A model generated the notes under the pieces. It was not told where the DNA came from, searched no databases, and saw only the letters and a program-made list of their open reading frames with translations. The translations under genes and the position numbers were made by a program. Below, piece by piece: positions 1-13,195 of a stretch of DNA of 64,000 nucleotides. The DNA is taken from positions 94,676,001-94,740,000 of the forward strand of contig NC_086107.1 of assembly GCF_963921235.1 (NCBI RefSeq). Reading direction: 5' to 3'. The DNA is from Mobula hypostoma. Lineage: Eukaryota. Positions within the stretch are counted from its first letter, which is position 1, and every line of letters begins with the position of its first letter.

Positions 1-2994
1 AGAGGGGTAGAAAAGTCAGAATCTTTCTTTCCCCAGGGTGGAAAAGTCAAGTTCTAAAGGACGAGGTGAGAAGGGGAAAGTTTAAAGATGAGTGGGGTAA
101 GTTTTTTTTTAAACAATGAGAGTGGTGGGTGCTTGGAATGGACTGCTGGGAGTAGTGTTGGAGGCAGATACAATAGTGGTATCAAAGAGACTGTTAGATC
201 CAGTACATAAATACGCAGGGCATGGGGGCATCTGGATCGTGTGCTGGTAGAAGGCATTGGTTCAGTTGTCATCGTCTCTGGTGCAGACATTGTGGGCCGA
301 AGAGCTCATTGCTGTTCTATAACAGTATCAGTTCGGCGTAAACAAGAATATGCAAGAGTGTGTGCGTCTAAGCTGAGGCAGTCGGTATTGCAGAGATGGC
401 ACAGAGACAGCTCAGAGACAGCTCCACACCCTCAAGTTCAAATTTAATTGTCATTCAACCGTACACACAGATACAGCCAAAGAAAGCAGTGTTTCTCCAG
501 GGCCAAGGTGAAAACCACAGTACCAACAGTCACACACAGCACAAAGCCCAATACAGCACACGTAATTATGGTAACAGAAAAACATAGGCGGTATACAGTA
601 GCCCTAGTCCCTGAGTGTCATGGTCTGCAGGTTGCTGGTGCAAGGGTTGTTCTCCTGGAGCCACGTTTCTGCAAGAACAAGCACGCGCAGTTCCCCATCG
701 CACGCTACTGCAGCCGCAAGCGCAATCTACCCAGTGAACACTGGGGGGCAGCGTTAATGGGAGGAAACATCCCCCAACCCAGCGTGGAATCCAGAGCACC
801 CTCTCCTCTCTCCCACACCACCTGTGCCTTTCCTCCCCTGGGCGGCTGCAACAGGCAATCCTGTGGCACAAGGGCCTGCTGCACCCAACACCTGAGGCCA
901 CGCAGCTCCCCTGCTATTGGTACACCAATGAACCAGTGTGTAAGACCATAAGACAGAGAACAGTACAGGGCCTTTGGCCCACTATGTTGTGCTGACCTTT
1001 TAACCTACTCTAAGATCAATCTAACCCTTCCCCCTACATAGCCCTCCATTTTTCTATCATCTATGTGCCTATGTAAGAGTTCCATAAATGCCCTTAATGT
1101 ATCTGCCTCTACCACCACCCCTGGCAATATGTTCCTATGTGAAACCCTACCCCTTGACATCCCCCCTATACTTTCCTCAAATCACCTTAAAATTATCCTC
1201 TCTTGTATTAGCCATTGCCACCCTGGGAAGAAGTGTCTGACTGTCCACTCGACCCATGTCTTTTGGCAGCTTGTATACCTCTATCAGGTCATCTCTCAAC
1301 CTCTTTCACTCCGAAGAGAAAAGCCCTAGCTCGCTCAACCTATCTTCATAAGATGTGGCCTCTGGTTCAGGAAGCGTCTTGATAAATCTCCATTGTACCC
1401 TCTCAAAAACTTCCATATCCTTCCTATAATGAGGCGACCAGAACTGAACACAATATTAGTTTAACCAGGGTTTTATAGAGTTACAACATTACTTTGTGAC
1501 TCTTGAACTCAGTACCCTGACTAACGAAGAATAATTAGACCATTTGGCCCATCGATTCTGCTGTGCCATTTGATCATGGTAACCTCTCGGTAACCTTTGA
1601 CACCCGAACTAATCAAGAACCCATCAACCTAAGCTTTAAATATACCCAATGACTTGGCCTTCATGGCTGTCTGTGGCAATGAATTCCACAAATTCACCAC
1701 CCTCTGGCTAAAGAAATTTCTCCTCATTTCTGTTCTCAAGGGATGTCCTTCTGTTCTGAGGCTGTGACCTCTGGTTGGTGTGATGTGTGGTCTGTGAGTT
1801 TATGACTCTAGAAGCTAAGTCGGGTTTTCAGACAGTACTGACAGAAGGAAGTTTGTAGATAAGGAACTGGAGGATCCCTAGATTAGATCTTCCAAGAATA
1901 CCAAAGTGACAGGAGGAGGAGCCATTGCAGAGGGAATCTCTATCGATAACGATACAGATAAGCATGGAAACGCAGGTTCCGCCGGATTTGTAAAGATAGT
2001 TTGGAAGTCCAGTTGTGAAGACCACACAAGATGTCAGTGGTGATGTGGGACATCCAGCAGCAAGGGCAGCATGGTGAGTAGTGGTCAGCGTAACACTATG
2101 ACAGACCCAGTGACCTGGATTCGAATCCCACCACTGCCTGTTAGGGGTTTTTTAATGTTTTCCCCATGGCTGTGGGCATTTCCTCCAGGTGTTCCAGACT
2201 CCTTCCACGTTCTAAAGGCTTTTGATTTAGTAGGTCAATTGGTCACAGGGGTGTAATTGGCTGCACAGGTTCGTTGGATCGAAGGGCCTGTTACCGTGCT
2301 GTATCTCTAAATTTAAAGAAAAATGTACAAAGTAAGCTCCCAGAAACAGCATGAGGTTACAGCCAATCAATCTGTATAGTTTTGATAATGGTGGTGTGGG
2401 AGATAAAGGCTGAGATGATCAATGGCTCCATTTAATTATCAGAGAATGTATACAATATACAACCTGAAATTCTTACTCTCCGCAGACATCCTTGAAACAG
2501 AAGAAAGGCTTTGTTTCAGAGAAAAGTTCCTATTTTCTTGGGATCTTTCACCACTGCACCAGCGCAGTGCAGACCTGCAGCGCGGACAGTGTGCTCGGAT
2601 CGCGAGTGTGGGGCCACCACCTGATTCAGATCAACCTGATGAAGGGTCTCAGCTTGAAACAGTGTTTATTCCTCTCCATAGATTCTGCCCGACCTGATGA
2701 GTTACTCCAGCATTTTGCATGTGTTGCTGTAGATTTCCAGCATCTGCAGAATCCCTTGTGTTTCTGATTCAGCACTGAGTTCTATCCATGAGTCACAATA
2801 CACACCCTAAGCAAATACTACAGCTGATGTGTTCACACCAAGGTAGATTTCTGCCGAGGGGCTTGGCCATTTGACACGGTTTTGTTGGTGTTGGTTAGAT
2901 TGGCTAAGCAACTGGGAGAACTGTTTTTTTTAAACAGTAGTAGGGTTTTTTTTCCTATATGCCAGTCTTAATTAGAGCCCTGTCATCGCTCTGT

Positions 2995-3330
2995 CACCAC
3001 AGCACAGTAGCGTTGCGGTTAGTGTAACACCTTACAGCACCAGCGATTGAAAGAATGGGGTTCAATTCCCACAGCTGTATGTAAGGATACTGTACATTCT
3101 CCCTGTGACTGTGTGGGTTCCCTCTGGTGCTCCTGTTTCCTTCCACATTCCAAAGACGTACCAGTTAGGGTTCGTAAGTTGTGGGCATGCCACGTTGGCT
3201 CCTGAAGCATGGTGACACTTGCAGGCTGCCCCCAGCACATTCTTGGACTGTGTTGGTTGTTGACGCAAACGACACATTTCATCCCACGTTTCCATGTACA
3301 TGTGACAGAGAAAGCTAATCTTTTAATCCT
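2995..3330 (+). mobile_element. V-domain (HE1-like) tRNA-derived SINE; related copies near 2060, 6340, 22750, 25550, 27840, 40620, 42190, 42660, 52560, 53140, 53670 and 54150
   Basis: tRNA-like head plus the V-domain 'TTCTCCC.GTGAC.G.GTGGGTT.CCTC.GGTGCTCC.GTTTCC.CCAC'. Confidence 0.75.
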
Positions 3331-4197
3331 TTATACTTTTTAAATGTCAGAAAACTAAGCATCACTATTTTGGATGCTGGAAGAGCTTGAGTTGGGATGT
3401 CATGTTACAAATGTACAAGTCAATGACGGGACTGTATTTGCAGTCTCGTGTGCAGTTCTGGTCGCCCAGCTGTAGAAAGCATGTTGTTCAGCTGGACAGG
3501 GCTCAGAAAAGATTCACGAGAATGTTACCGGGACTGGAGGGCTAGAATTATAAGCAGAGGTTTATAAAATCATGAGATGTATAGAAAAGCTGGGTAGACA
3601 GAAACACACAAGGGTCTCGGCCCAAAACATCGATTCTTTATTGTTCCTCCAGCATTTTGCGTATGTTGCCCTGGATTTCCAGCATCTGCAGAATCTCTTG
3701 TGTTTGGGTAGTCATAGGCTTTTTACCACCCCTATAGTAGGGTTTCAAGGAAAGACTTAATAAAGGGTAGTGGGTGTATAGAGTGAGAGGCCAGAGGAAG
3801 TGATAGAGGCAGGTACGGGAACACGGATAGGGAAGAGAAAGGGTCATGAGCCAAATGTGGACAAATGGGACTAGCTCAGGCAACGGCTGATTTGAATAAG
3901 TTGGGCCAAAGGGCATCTTTCTGCGCTGTATAACTCAAATTAATTCTACTACTTTCTCAAATCGCTATCTTTACACGCAACTTAATAAGCATATCGGATC
4001 TTGACTAACATACGATTCAAAAGGCAGCACATCCAGCTCAGCACCCATTCCGTATTGGGGTATTGGCCTAACCCGGAGCAGGTCCTGAACCTGCAACTTC
4101 CTGAACCAGACTGTGAACCCTGGCTCTGCATGTGGATGTTGGGGCACTCACCATCTCCCCTCTCCGTTCTCACACACACCCCTCCCCACACCCCAAG

Positions 4198-4373
4198 GTT
4201 AAGCAACGTTACGCCAAGACCATAGAAGATTTGAACAAGTACAACCCAAAGTACATGGAAGAGATGGAGATGGTGTTTGACCAGAGCCAACAGATGGAGC
4301 AGAAGCGCACAATCTTCCTCAAACAGATCTTCCTCTCCATTCATCGGCACCTTGACGTCACCAACAACGAAAG
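4198..4373 (+). CDS. PACSIN/syndapin-family gene, internal exon (F-BAR distal part): VKQRYAKTIEDLNKYNPKYMEEMEMVFDQSQQMEQKRTIFLKQIFLSIHRHLDVTNNE
   Basis: AG at 4196-4197 and GTGAGA at 4374; 176 bp, phase 0 to 2. Peptide matches the PACSIN 'L.KY.P.YME.ME.VFEQ.Q..E.KR..F' segment. No upstream exons recognised in the window. Confidence 0.93.
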
Positions 4374-5894
4374 GTGAGATTGTACGACAAAGGAGCATAA
4401 CTAGGCCATTTGACCCATCTTCTCCAATATTCCATCATGGCTGATTTATTATCCCTCTCAACCCCATTCTCCTGCCTTCACCCTGCAACCTTTGACACCC
4501 ATACTAATCAAGAATCTATCAACCTCTACTTTAAATATACCCATTGACTTGGCCTTCATGGCCGTCTGTGGCAATGAATTCCACAGAGTCACCACTCCTT
4601 GGCTAAAGAAGTTGCTCTTCATCTCAGTTCTAAAGGGACGCTCTTCTATTCTGAGTCTGTGTTCTCTTGTCCAAGACCCCCCCCCCACTATTGGAAAGAT
4701 CCTCTCCACTCCCACTCTATCGAAGATTTTCAATTTCAATGGGTTTCAATGACATCATCCTTCATTCCTCTAAGCTCCAGTGAGTATTGGCACAGAGCCA
4801 TCAAACGTGCGGTTAAGGCTGCATTGGGAGTGGACAATTCAGTGCTGAGTGATAAGAATACAAGGTACTGTTTGTTGAGTTTGTGTTTGGCCTCCCAATG
4901 CAGCAGACAAGGCAGAGGACAGTTGCTGTGGGAACAGGAAGGGAGGTTGAAATGAGAGGCAACTGAATGCTCATGGTGCTCATCCGCCCCCCCCCCCCAC
5001 CCCCAGTCTTAGAACATAGAACTTTGCATCACAGTACAGGCCCTTCGGCCCATGATGTTGTGCTGACCCTTTAACCTACTTTATGGAATAGCTATCTAAG
5101 AGTTTCTTAAATGTCCCAAATGTATCTGCCTCTACCACCACCCCTGTTAGGGGGTTCCAGGCATCCACCACTCTGGGTAAGAAAACTCATCTTTGACCTC
5201 CTCCTTATACTTCCCTCCAATCATCTTAAAATTATACCCCCTTGTATTTGTCATTTCTGCCCTGGGGAAAAAGTCTCTGGCAGTCCACTTGATCTGTGCC
5301 TCTTACTATCTTATACGCCTCCATTAAATCACCTCTCATCCTCCTTTGCTCCAGAAAGAAAAGCCCAAGCTCGCTCAACCTCTCCTCATAAGCCATGCTC
5401 TCTAATCCAGACAGCATTCCAGTAAATCTCCTTGCAACCTCTTTAAAGCTCCCATATCCTTCCTATCATGAAATGACCAGAACTGAACACAACACTACAG
5501 AGTTTTATACAGCTGTAACACTACCTTGCAGTTCTTGAACTCAACCAGTGAAGGCCAACACACCATACGCCTTCTTAACATTGTTCAGGCTTCCAGTTGT
5601 ACCTCCCAGTTTCTCGCTTGATTCCCTCCTCCCCTACCCACTTTCCCCCTCATCTGATCTCACCTATCGCCTCCCACTCTTCCTTATTCTGGCCTCTTCC
5701 CCATCCGTTCCAGTCCTGTTGGGTCTCAGCCCGAAACATCGACTGTTTATTCCCCTCCATAAATGCCCAGTTCCACCCGCATTTTGTATGCTTTTCTCCT
5801 TCATAAAGGGTTGCATCTCCGATGTAGCAGGGGGCAGATGTACCTGAAGCAGTTTCTCAATCAATCCCAATTCTTGTCACTTCTCTCTCTGCAG

Positions 5895-6015
5895 CTTCAG
5901 GAATATTTTTAAGGATCTACACCAGACCGTGCTATCAATAAATGACCAGAATGACTTAAAATGGTGGCGAAACACGTACGGCCCAGGGATGCCGACAAAC
6001 TGGCCGTACTTTGAG
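5895..6015 (+). CDS. PACSIN-family exon (end of F-BAR): SFRNIFKDLHQTVLSINDQNDLKWWRNTYGPGMPTNWPYFE
   Basis: Polypyrimidine tract plus CAG ending 5894, GTGAGT at 6016; 121 bp, phase 2 to 0. Hallmark PACSIN motif DL.WWR...GPGM..NWP.FE. Confidence 0.95.
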
Positions 6016-8361
6016 GTGAGTTTTGAAGCACCCTCTCCATTTGAGATAAAGATTAGCTTTATTTGTTACATGTACATCGAAATGCTAGTCTCAGAAGGAC
6101 CTAGACAGATTGGGAGAATGAGCAAAGTTGTGACAGATGGAATATTGTGTAGAGAATTGAATGGTAATGCACTTTGGTAGAAGGAATGAAGACCATTTTC
6201 TAAACCAAGAGGCAGAAATTCAGAAATCAGAGGTGCAAAGAGACTTGCAGGATTCCCTCAAAGTTAACTTAACAGGTTGAGTCGATGGTAAGGAAGGCAA
6301 ATACAATGCTAACGTTCATTTCAAGAGGACTAGAATATTTATTTTTATTTATGGATACAGCGCAGAGTGTGCACTTCCAGCCCAAGGAGCCGTGCTGCCC
6401 CAGCAATCCCTGATTCAACTTGGCCTAGTCATGGGACAATTTACAGCGACCACTTAACCTACTACCCAGAACGTCTTTGGACTGTGGGAGGAAACCAGAC
6501 CACCTGGAGAAAACCCACGCATTCCCCGGGGAGGAAGTACAAACTCCTTATAGTTGATGTCGGAATTGAACTCCAAACTCTGATGCCCCCAGCTGTAATA
6601 GCGTCATGCTAACCGCTACGTTGTGCCTGTGATCCTGGGGCTTTAAGGCATTGGAGGGTCCAGAAGAGGTTCATGAGAATAATCCCAGAAATGAAAGGGT
6701 TAATGCCTGGGGAGTGTTTGACGGCTCTGGGCCTGTACTCTTTGGAGTTCAGAAGAATAAAACATATCACATATTGAAAGGCCTAGATGGAATGGATATG
6801 GAGAGGATGTTTCCTAGATTGGGGGAACCTAGGACCAGAAAGAACAGAGATGAGGAGGAATTTCTTTACCCAGAGGGTGGTCGATCTATAAAATTCATCA
6901 CCACAGACAGCTGTAGAGGCCAAGTCATTGAGAATATTTAAAACAGAAGTTGATAGATTCTTGATTAGCCAGGGCTTCAAAGGTTAAGGGAGAAAGCAGG
7001 AGAATGGGGTTGAAAGGGAAAATAAATCAACCATGGTGAAGAAGGTGTGATGGGCTGATTGGCCTAATTCTGCTCCAGTGTTTTTATAGTCTATATAGGG
7101 AAATGGGCAATTACAGTTAGGAGCCAGTTACCGTCCCAGCTAATAATGTCCACCTCCCGACCACCGTCCTTCACAAGGTGGAACTCTCAGGACAGAAACT
7201 GGTTCAGCTGGCGAGCCTCTTGCCCAAGAGTCAAAGGTTGATAATTGAAAGTTCCCTCTAGATTATGGCCAACACTCCCAAGGCAGCACAGAATAATAGT
7301 GCAACTGCTGGATAGATCTATTTAATCCTGCCAACATCCTCCTGGCCTTCCAGCTACATCTCTGCCATTGTTCAACAGAAAACCAGGACAGTTCTCCCAG
7401 TAATGTGACTAATCTGGTTCGTGATCTGCTTATTAATTTACAGCTCCAGGGAACTTGTTGCGATTTGGAAACTGCCTCCTACACTTTACTGCTATCTCAT
7501 AGTCATAGATCACTACAACACAGAGGCATCTTCGGCCCATCTAGTCCATGATGGACTATTAATCTGCCTAGTCCCACTAACCTGCTCCAAGAGCATAATC
7601 CTCCATATCTCTCACATCCATGCACCTAACCAAATTTCTCTTAAAACTTGAAATCGAACCGAAATCCTCCACCTCCGCTGGCAGCTCGTTCTACACTCTG
7701 AACGATTACTTAGTTTCAAACCTAGTGCAAGATGAGGAACTGCTGCGTGCTTGTTCTTGCAGAAACATGGCTCCAGGACAATATCTCTTGCATCATCAAT
7801 CTTCAGGCCATGCCACTCAAGGACTTGTGCTAATATTATATTGTGACTGTATGTGCTACTCTAACACTATGTGGTGTGTGTGACTGTACGTAGTGTTTTG
7901 CACCTTGGCCCCAGAGGAACGATGTTTCATAGAGTCACAAAGAAGTACAGCACAGAAACAGGCCCTTCAGCCTATCTAGTCCGTGCTGAAACCACTTAAA
8001 CTACCTACTCCCATCGATTTACACTGGGACCATAGCCTTCCATACCCCTACCATCTATGTACTTCTCTTTAACATTGAAATCAAGCTCGCATGCACCACT
8101 TGTTCTGGCAGCCCGCACCACACTCTCATGACCCTCTAAGTGAAGAAGTTTCCCCTCTTGTTCCCCTTAAACTTCTCACCTTTCACCCTTAACCCATGAG
8201 CTCCGGTTGTAGTCCCACCCAACCTCAGTGGAAAAAACCTGCTTCATTTAACTGTATACTGTATGTGAGTATGGTTGAATGACAATGTTACTTGAACTAG
8301 ATCACCTGGACTGAACTCTGTGCTTTACTGGCATCTTAACGTTGAAGTTTTAATCTCACAG

Positions 8362-8447
8362 GAATGGAGCCCAGAGATGGAGAACATAACCGACAAGAAG
8401 GGGAAAGGACAGAAGGAAGGAGATAAGGTCGTACTTCAGAGTTTAAG
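8362..8447 (+). CDS. PACSIN-family exon (linker start): EWSPEMENITDKKGKGQKEGDKVVLQSL
   Basis: CAG ending 8361, GTAAAC at 8448; 86 bp, phase 0 to 2. Continues the conserved FE|EWSP junction. Confidence 0.88.
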
Positions 8448-10874
8448 GTAAACAGTGAGGATTCAGCTTCTTTCCTAAAGAACTGCTGCCCTCCTCTACT
8501 CATGTTTTCCCCCCTCTTCTATCCAACTTGCTTATTCGTCTACAGTGGCACCAAGCCCCTCTGTACCTCAACCTTCCTGCCCAGTGTACACACGCGAGCG
8601 TCCCCATCTTCCGCCTCAGAATACCAGCCTCGCTCGCTCCAGTTCAGACCGACTCTGTCAGGGTTACTGGATGGCAAGGACAACTAATCCTCCAGCTCAA
8701 AGCACCAAGTCCCTCTGTGGTATCCTGATCTCTGTTCACCAGGTTCTACAGAGTGGTTCAGATACTCCACACCCTTCAGGAGAACCAGGGATCGATAACG
8801 ATTTCATAATCCCCTGCACTGTCCTTTCCAATTAGGCATTTGCTGTTGCTTTGTAAGCAAGGACCATCAGGTAATTTCAAAGGAGCCCTTTGTCTGCCAA
8901 CTAGTGATTACATTTCAGATTGGTCCTCATTGCCCATGACCTGGGAGCTGTCAGGTTGTGAGAGATGTGTGCTCAGTTCTAGTCGCTTCAGTATGGGAAG
9001 GATGTGGAAGTTTTAAAGAGGGTGTAGAGATTCACCAGGATGCTGCCTGGATTAGAGAGCATGCCTTGTAAGGATAGGTTGAGCAAGGTAGGGTTTTGGA
9101 GCAAAGGAGTATGAGAGGTGACTTGAGAGAGGTGTACTTAATGATCAGAGGCATTGATTGAGTGGATGGGGTGGAAATGGCTAATAATGAAGGGGTATAA
9201 TTTTAAGGTGATTGGAGGAAAGTACAGGGTGAATGTCAGATGGAGTTCATTATTTTTACAGAGTGTTGGGTGCGTGGAACATGCTGACAGGGATGGTGAT
9301 AGAGGCAGATACGTTAAGGAGACTTAGGCACATAGTTGATAGAAAAATGGAGGGCTGGTGGGAAAGAAGGATTAGATTGATCTTGGAGTAGGTTAAAACA
9401 TTAGCACAATATCATAGGCAGAAAGGCCTGTACTGTTCTGTGTTCTAAATGCAAGCTCTTTTCCTCACTTCTTTGTGGACACAGCTCAGGCCAGGCATCA
9501 AGGCTGTATCCCTTCTGAAGGCGTAAGCATTCCCCGTGAATGGGGACGTTATGTAAGTGCAACAATCCATTTGCACAACAACCAGAGTGAGAAAGGAAGA
9601 GGGAACCGAGAGTGAGATCCATTTCATTTTGACTTTTTCACCAGAGAAGGGCCCCCCCCAAAAAAAAAACTTTGGTTCAATTTCCTATGGCCCATGATAA
9701 GAAGCATAGATCAAATGGACATCCAGGGCAGAAATGGCCAATAGCAGGAGTGCATAATTTTAAGGTGATTGGAGAAATGTATGGGGGGGGTGGAATGTTA
9801 AGAGATAAGTTTTGTTTTCACAGAGAGTGGTGAGTGTGTGGAACGCCCTGCCAGGGGTGATGTAGGAGACCAGAGTCGGATTGATCTTGGAGTAGTTTAA
9901 AAGGTCAGCACAACATCATGGGCTGAAGGGCCTGAACTGTTCTATGTTCAATGATGGAGTTCATGACTTAGGCACAGATTTAGGTGTCTTTGTCAAAGGC
10001 AGTAATTGCTTCTCAAAGGTTGCCCTGGGTGAACCACCTGCTCAGAATGCTGCAGATGTTCTGGTCAAAGTGTCCCTCTTGTGCCCCTGTCCTTCCAGCT
10101 ACCAGAGAGCTCAGGTCAGGGACATGATGTGTACTTCTGTTCAGTAATGGAGAAGGTAGCCAGATTCAACTTTGATGCTCTTCGTGGTCAAACATTATAA
10201 ATAATAATGAATTAATAGAAATGAGCAACAATGTGATGCTGAGGCTTTATAGCGCATTGGTCAGACCACACTTGGAAGCACTGAGAGCAGTTTTAGGCTA
10301 CTTATCCAAAAAGAGATTTGCTGGCATTGGAGAGGGTCCAGAGGAAGTCAATAAGAATGATTCTGGGAATGAAAGAGATAACACATGGGAGCATTTAAAG
10401 TGTCTTATTGAAAACTATCAAGCATTGAAAGACTTAGATAAGAGTGGATGTGGAGGGGTTTCCTATTGTGGGGGCGTCTGAGATCAGAAGGCACAACCTC
10501 AGAATAGAAGAATGTCCCTTTAGAACAGAGGTGAGGAGGAAGTTTGGCCCTGGAGGCCAAATCATTGAGTATATTTAAAGTTGAGGTTGATTAGTTCTTG
10601 ATTATTCAGGACATCAAAGGTTACAGAGAGAAAGCTGGACAATGGGGTTGAAAGAGGTGATAAATCAGCCATGATGGAATGGCAGAGCAGACTCAATGGG
10701 CTGAATAGCCTAATTCTGCTCCTGTGTCTTATGGAATATCGACAATCTTTGAAGTCAAAACAGAAGACGTCAGGACTATGCAGCAGGTCAGTCAGTAAAG
10801 TCAATTTATTCACCATGTACAACCCTGAGATTCATTTTCTTGCAGGCATTCCCAGTAGATCCTTCAAGAGAACA

Positions 10875-11120
10875 ACAACCTTGTTGTAGTTTGGAGGCTT
10901 GCTTGCCTCAGTGACCGGGAGAGCTACGTTGGCTGGAGTCAGAGCTTTGTGTTTTGGCTCTGGGTAAGGTCACCCAGGTTCGATGGTTCAGCTCAGGGCT
11001 AACAACACTTACTGGTCAAAAAAGTTGTTACGGAAACAGCAATGGGGAATCCTTCTACGTCTGAGTGTGACTGTTTCCTTCATTGCTGCCCTAAATGCCA
11101 GCGGCATTACTGGCAATAAT
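10875..11120 (+). mobile_element. RTE-clade 5'-UTR-like fragment
   Basis: ACCTTGTTGTAGTTTGGAGGCTTGCTTGCCTCAGTGACC...GAGCTA resembles RTE/BovB-type 5' ends (recognised from memory). Confidence 0.4.
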
Positions 11121-11651
11121 GATTCACAGTAGATACAAAGAAACAATAGAATCAATGAAAAACTACACAGATAACTAAGAACAAATTGCAATTTAAAAAT
11201 ATAATATTGAGAACATTAGTTGCAGTGTTTTTGAAGTTGGGTTTTTGAACGGTTAATGATTGATTGACCAGATGAAAGGTCACCAACTTGAAACATGAAC
11301 GGCTTCTCCCTCCACGGACACCCGAGTTGCTCTGTATTTCCAACATTTTCTGTTGCTTTAAGTTTCCAGAACCCGTAGTAGATTTGGTTTCCTCTCACTA
11401 CTCACTATCTAAGGCATCTCAAGCAGAGGAATCAAAATGCAATAAAGAATTGTTATTTCAATTCCTGGTCCTCGGACATGCCGATTGATGCCCAGGTTCG
11501 GAGCCTTGGATACAAACAGGGATCCAAAATGAGCTTGCTGTGAACAGGAGGCTCTCCCCAAACCCGATGGTGACCATGCCTCCATTGCAGACGCCGGTTC
11601 ACAGCCAGAGTTCGTTTTAAAAGCCACTCCTCTTTTGCTTTGGTTTCACAG

Positions 11652-11764
11652 TTTAAATAAAGGTTATTCCCTTGGCGAGGATGGCACAAACATCCCTGGC
11701 GTCAGAATCCGAGCACTGTATGATTACTCCAGCCAGGAAGCCGATGAGCTCAGTTTTAAGGCGG
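11652..11764 (+). CDS. PACSIN-family exon (linker end and SH3 N-half): SLNKGYSLGEDGTNIPGVRIRALYDYSSQEADELSFKAG
   Basis: AG at 11650-11651, GTAAGC at 11765; 113 bp, phase 2 to 1. SH3 motif ALYDY...E.DELSFKAG. Confidence 0.92.
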
Positions 11765-12705
11765 GTAAGCTCTATGTCATCAACTTATGCCTCGTAATGT
11801 TCCCCCAAAACGCAGGGCCGGAAGCTGCAGGAGAGAAGGGACTCTCGAGGTTGAATTCCTCCCCCTCCTGTACCCTCTGAACCTCATGGTTGGAAGACAT
11901 GCTCTCAATCTCTGTCTCTCCCTGAACTTTGCACAGTAATACGCAGCCTGTCCCTACAGATCAATGTTGCTATTCATGTTCTTTAAAAGACTCCTTGCAT
12001 TCTACTAAACCCAAAAATGTCATAGAGTACAACAGCACAGAGAGAGACTCTTCAGCCCATCTAGTCTGTGCTGGCCTGGTCTGTCTTGTCCCAACTACTG
12101 TTCTATAGCCCTCCAGACCTCCCTCATCCGTTTAAGACATTTAACATTTATCTCTCATTTAATACTTCTCTTAAATGTTACCAGTTGAACTCACATCTAC
12201 CACTGGCAGCTCATTGTATTCATCCACTCCTTTGTTCCTTGTATTACCCCATCTAACCAGTCTGGGATAAGGGGTTTATCCTGGATTGCCTACCTTTTTA
12301 TCCCATTCTGATACATGTGTTCATTTCTTCTATTATTCTTGTAGTTATCACCCCTTTTCTGGTCTTGTCTACCAGTACAAACATCATCTAATATTTATCC
12401 TATTAAACCTCACTTCAAAGAGTTTCAAAGCTTTGATCTCTTTCCTGGTGAAGGGTTCCTGCCTGCTCACAATTCCCAGATAATTCTAACCTTCGATCAT
12501 GTTCATCGTAATCATTTTTATGCTCCTTTTTCTGTATTATTTTTAGAAGTTCTCCACCTACTGTCATCAGAAAGTTTCCCTCACTGCCTGTTCTTTTCAC
12601 ACTTTCATTTCCTTACCCTTTTCTTTCCTGCTCAATCCTCCTGTTCCATTGAGTTTAGTTTCTTTACATCCACTTCTACTGGAGTTATCTCAGCAAAGCC
12701 ACCTC

Positions 12706-12743
12706 CAGTCCTGATGAAGGGTCTCAGCCCGAAACATCGACTG
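12706..12743 (+). ncRNA. Minimal type-I hammerhead ribozyme motif in a Penelope-derived unit (about 12705-12840)
   Basis: cagtc CTGATGA a ggg-tctcag-ccc GAAA c ATC gactg: stem I cagtc/gactg, conserved core, NUH triplet. Confidence 0.72.
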
Positions 12744-12941
12744 TACCTCTTCCTAGAGATGCTGCCTGGCCTGCTGCATTCACCAGCAACTTTGATGTGT
12801 GTTGCTTGAAATTCCAGCATCTGCAGATTTACTCGTGTTCCAGTTCTGCATTGTTCTGTTTGTTGAAGCCCTCACCAGTCTGTGCTAGCCCCTCTAACTA
12901 TGCCATAGTCATACAGCATTTCTTCTTTGATGGCCCCTCCA

Positions 12942-13080
12942 GGGTCTTGTATTAAATCATCTCCCTTGGCCCAAGCACAGTCAATACTCCATTACTTCCC
13001 GTTGTCTGACCCTGTGGGGTCTTGTTCTAAATCATCTCCCCTGGCCCAAGCACAATCAATACTCCATTACTCACCGTCTT
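12942..13080. repeat. Diverged 75-bp tandem duplication
   Basis: GGGTCTTGT..TAAATCATCTCCC.TGGCCCAAGCACA.TCAATACTCCATTACT at 12942 and 13017. Confidence 0.85.
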
Positions 13081-13195
13081 CGAGCTCCTCATCTCACCAC
13101 TGAGAAACTTCAGCTTCACATCTTCTTCATTCACACTCTTGAAATCTTCATCAAGATCCTGTTGGACCTACTTTATCACATCTGAGTTTCAGCCA

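Noticed and set aside
1..4197. Upstream PACSIN exons or genuine genes among the ORFs at 241-951 and 2422-2767
   Set aside because: No F-BAR-like peptide with matching splice sites was found. The region is LINE/SINE debris, and 640-700 has an inverted relative near 7735-7790.
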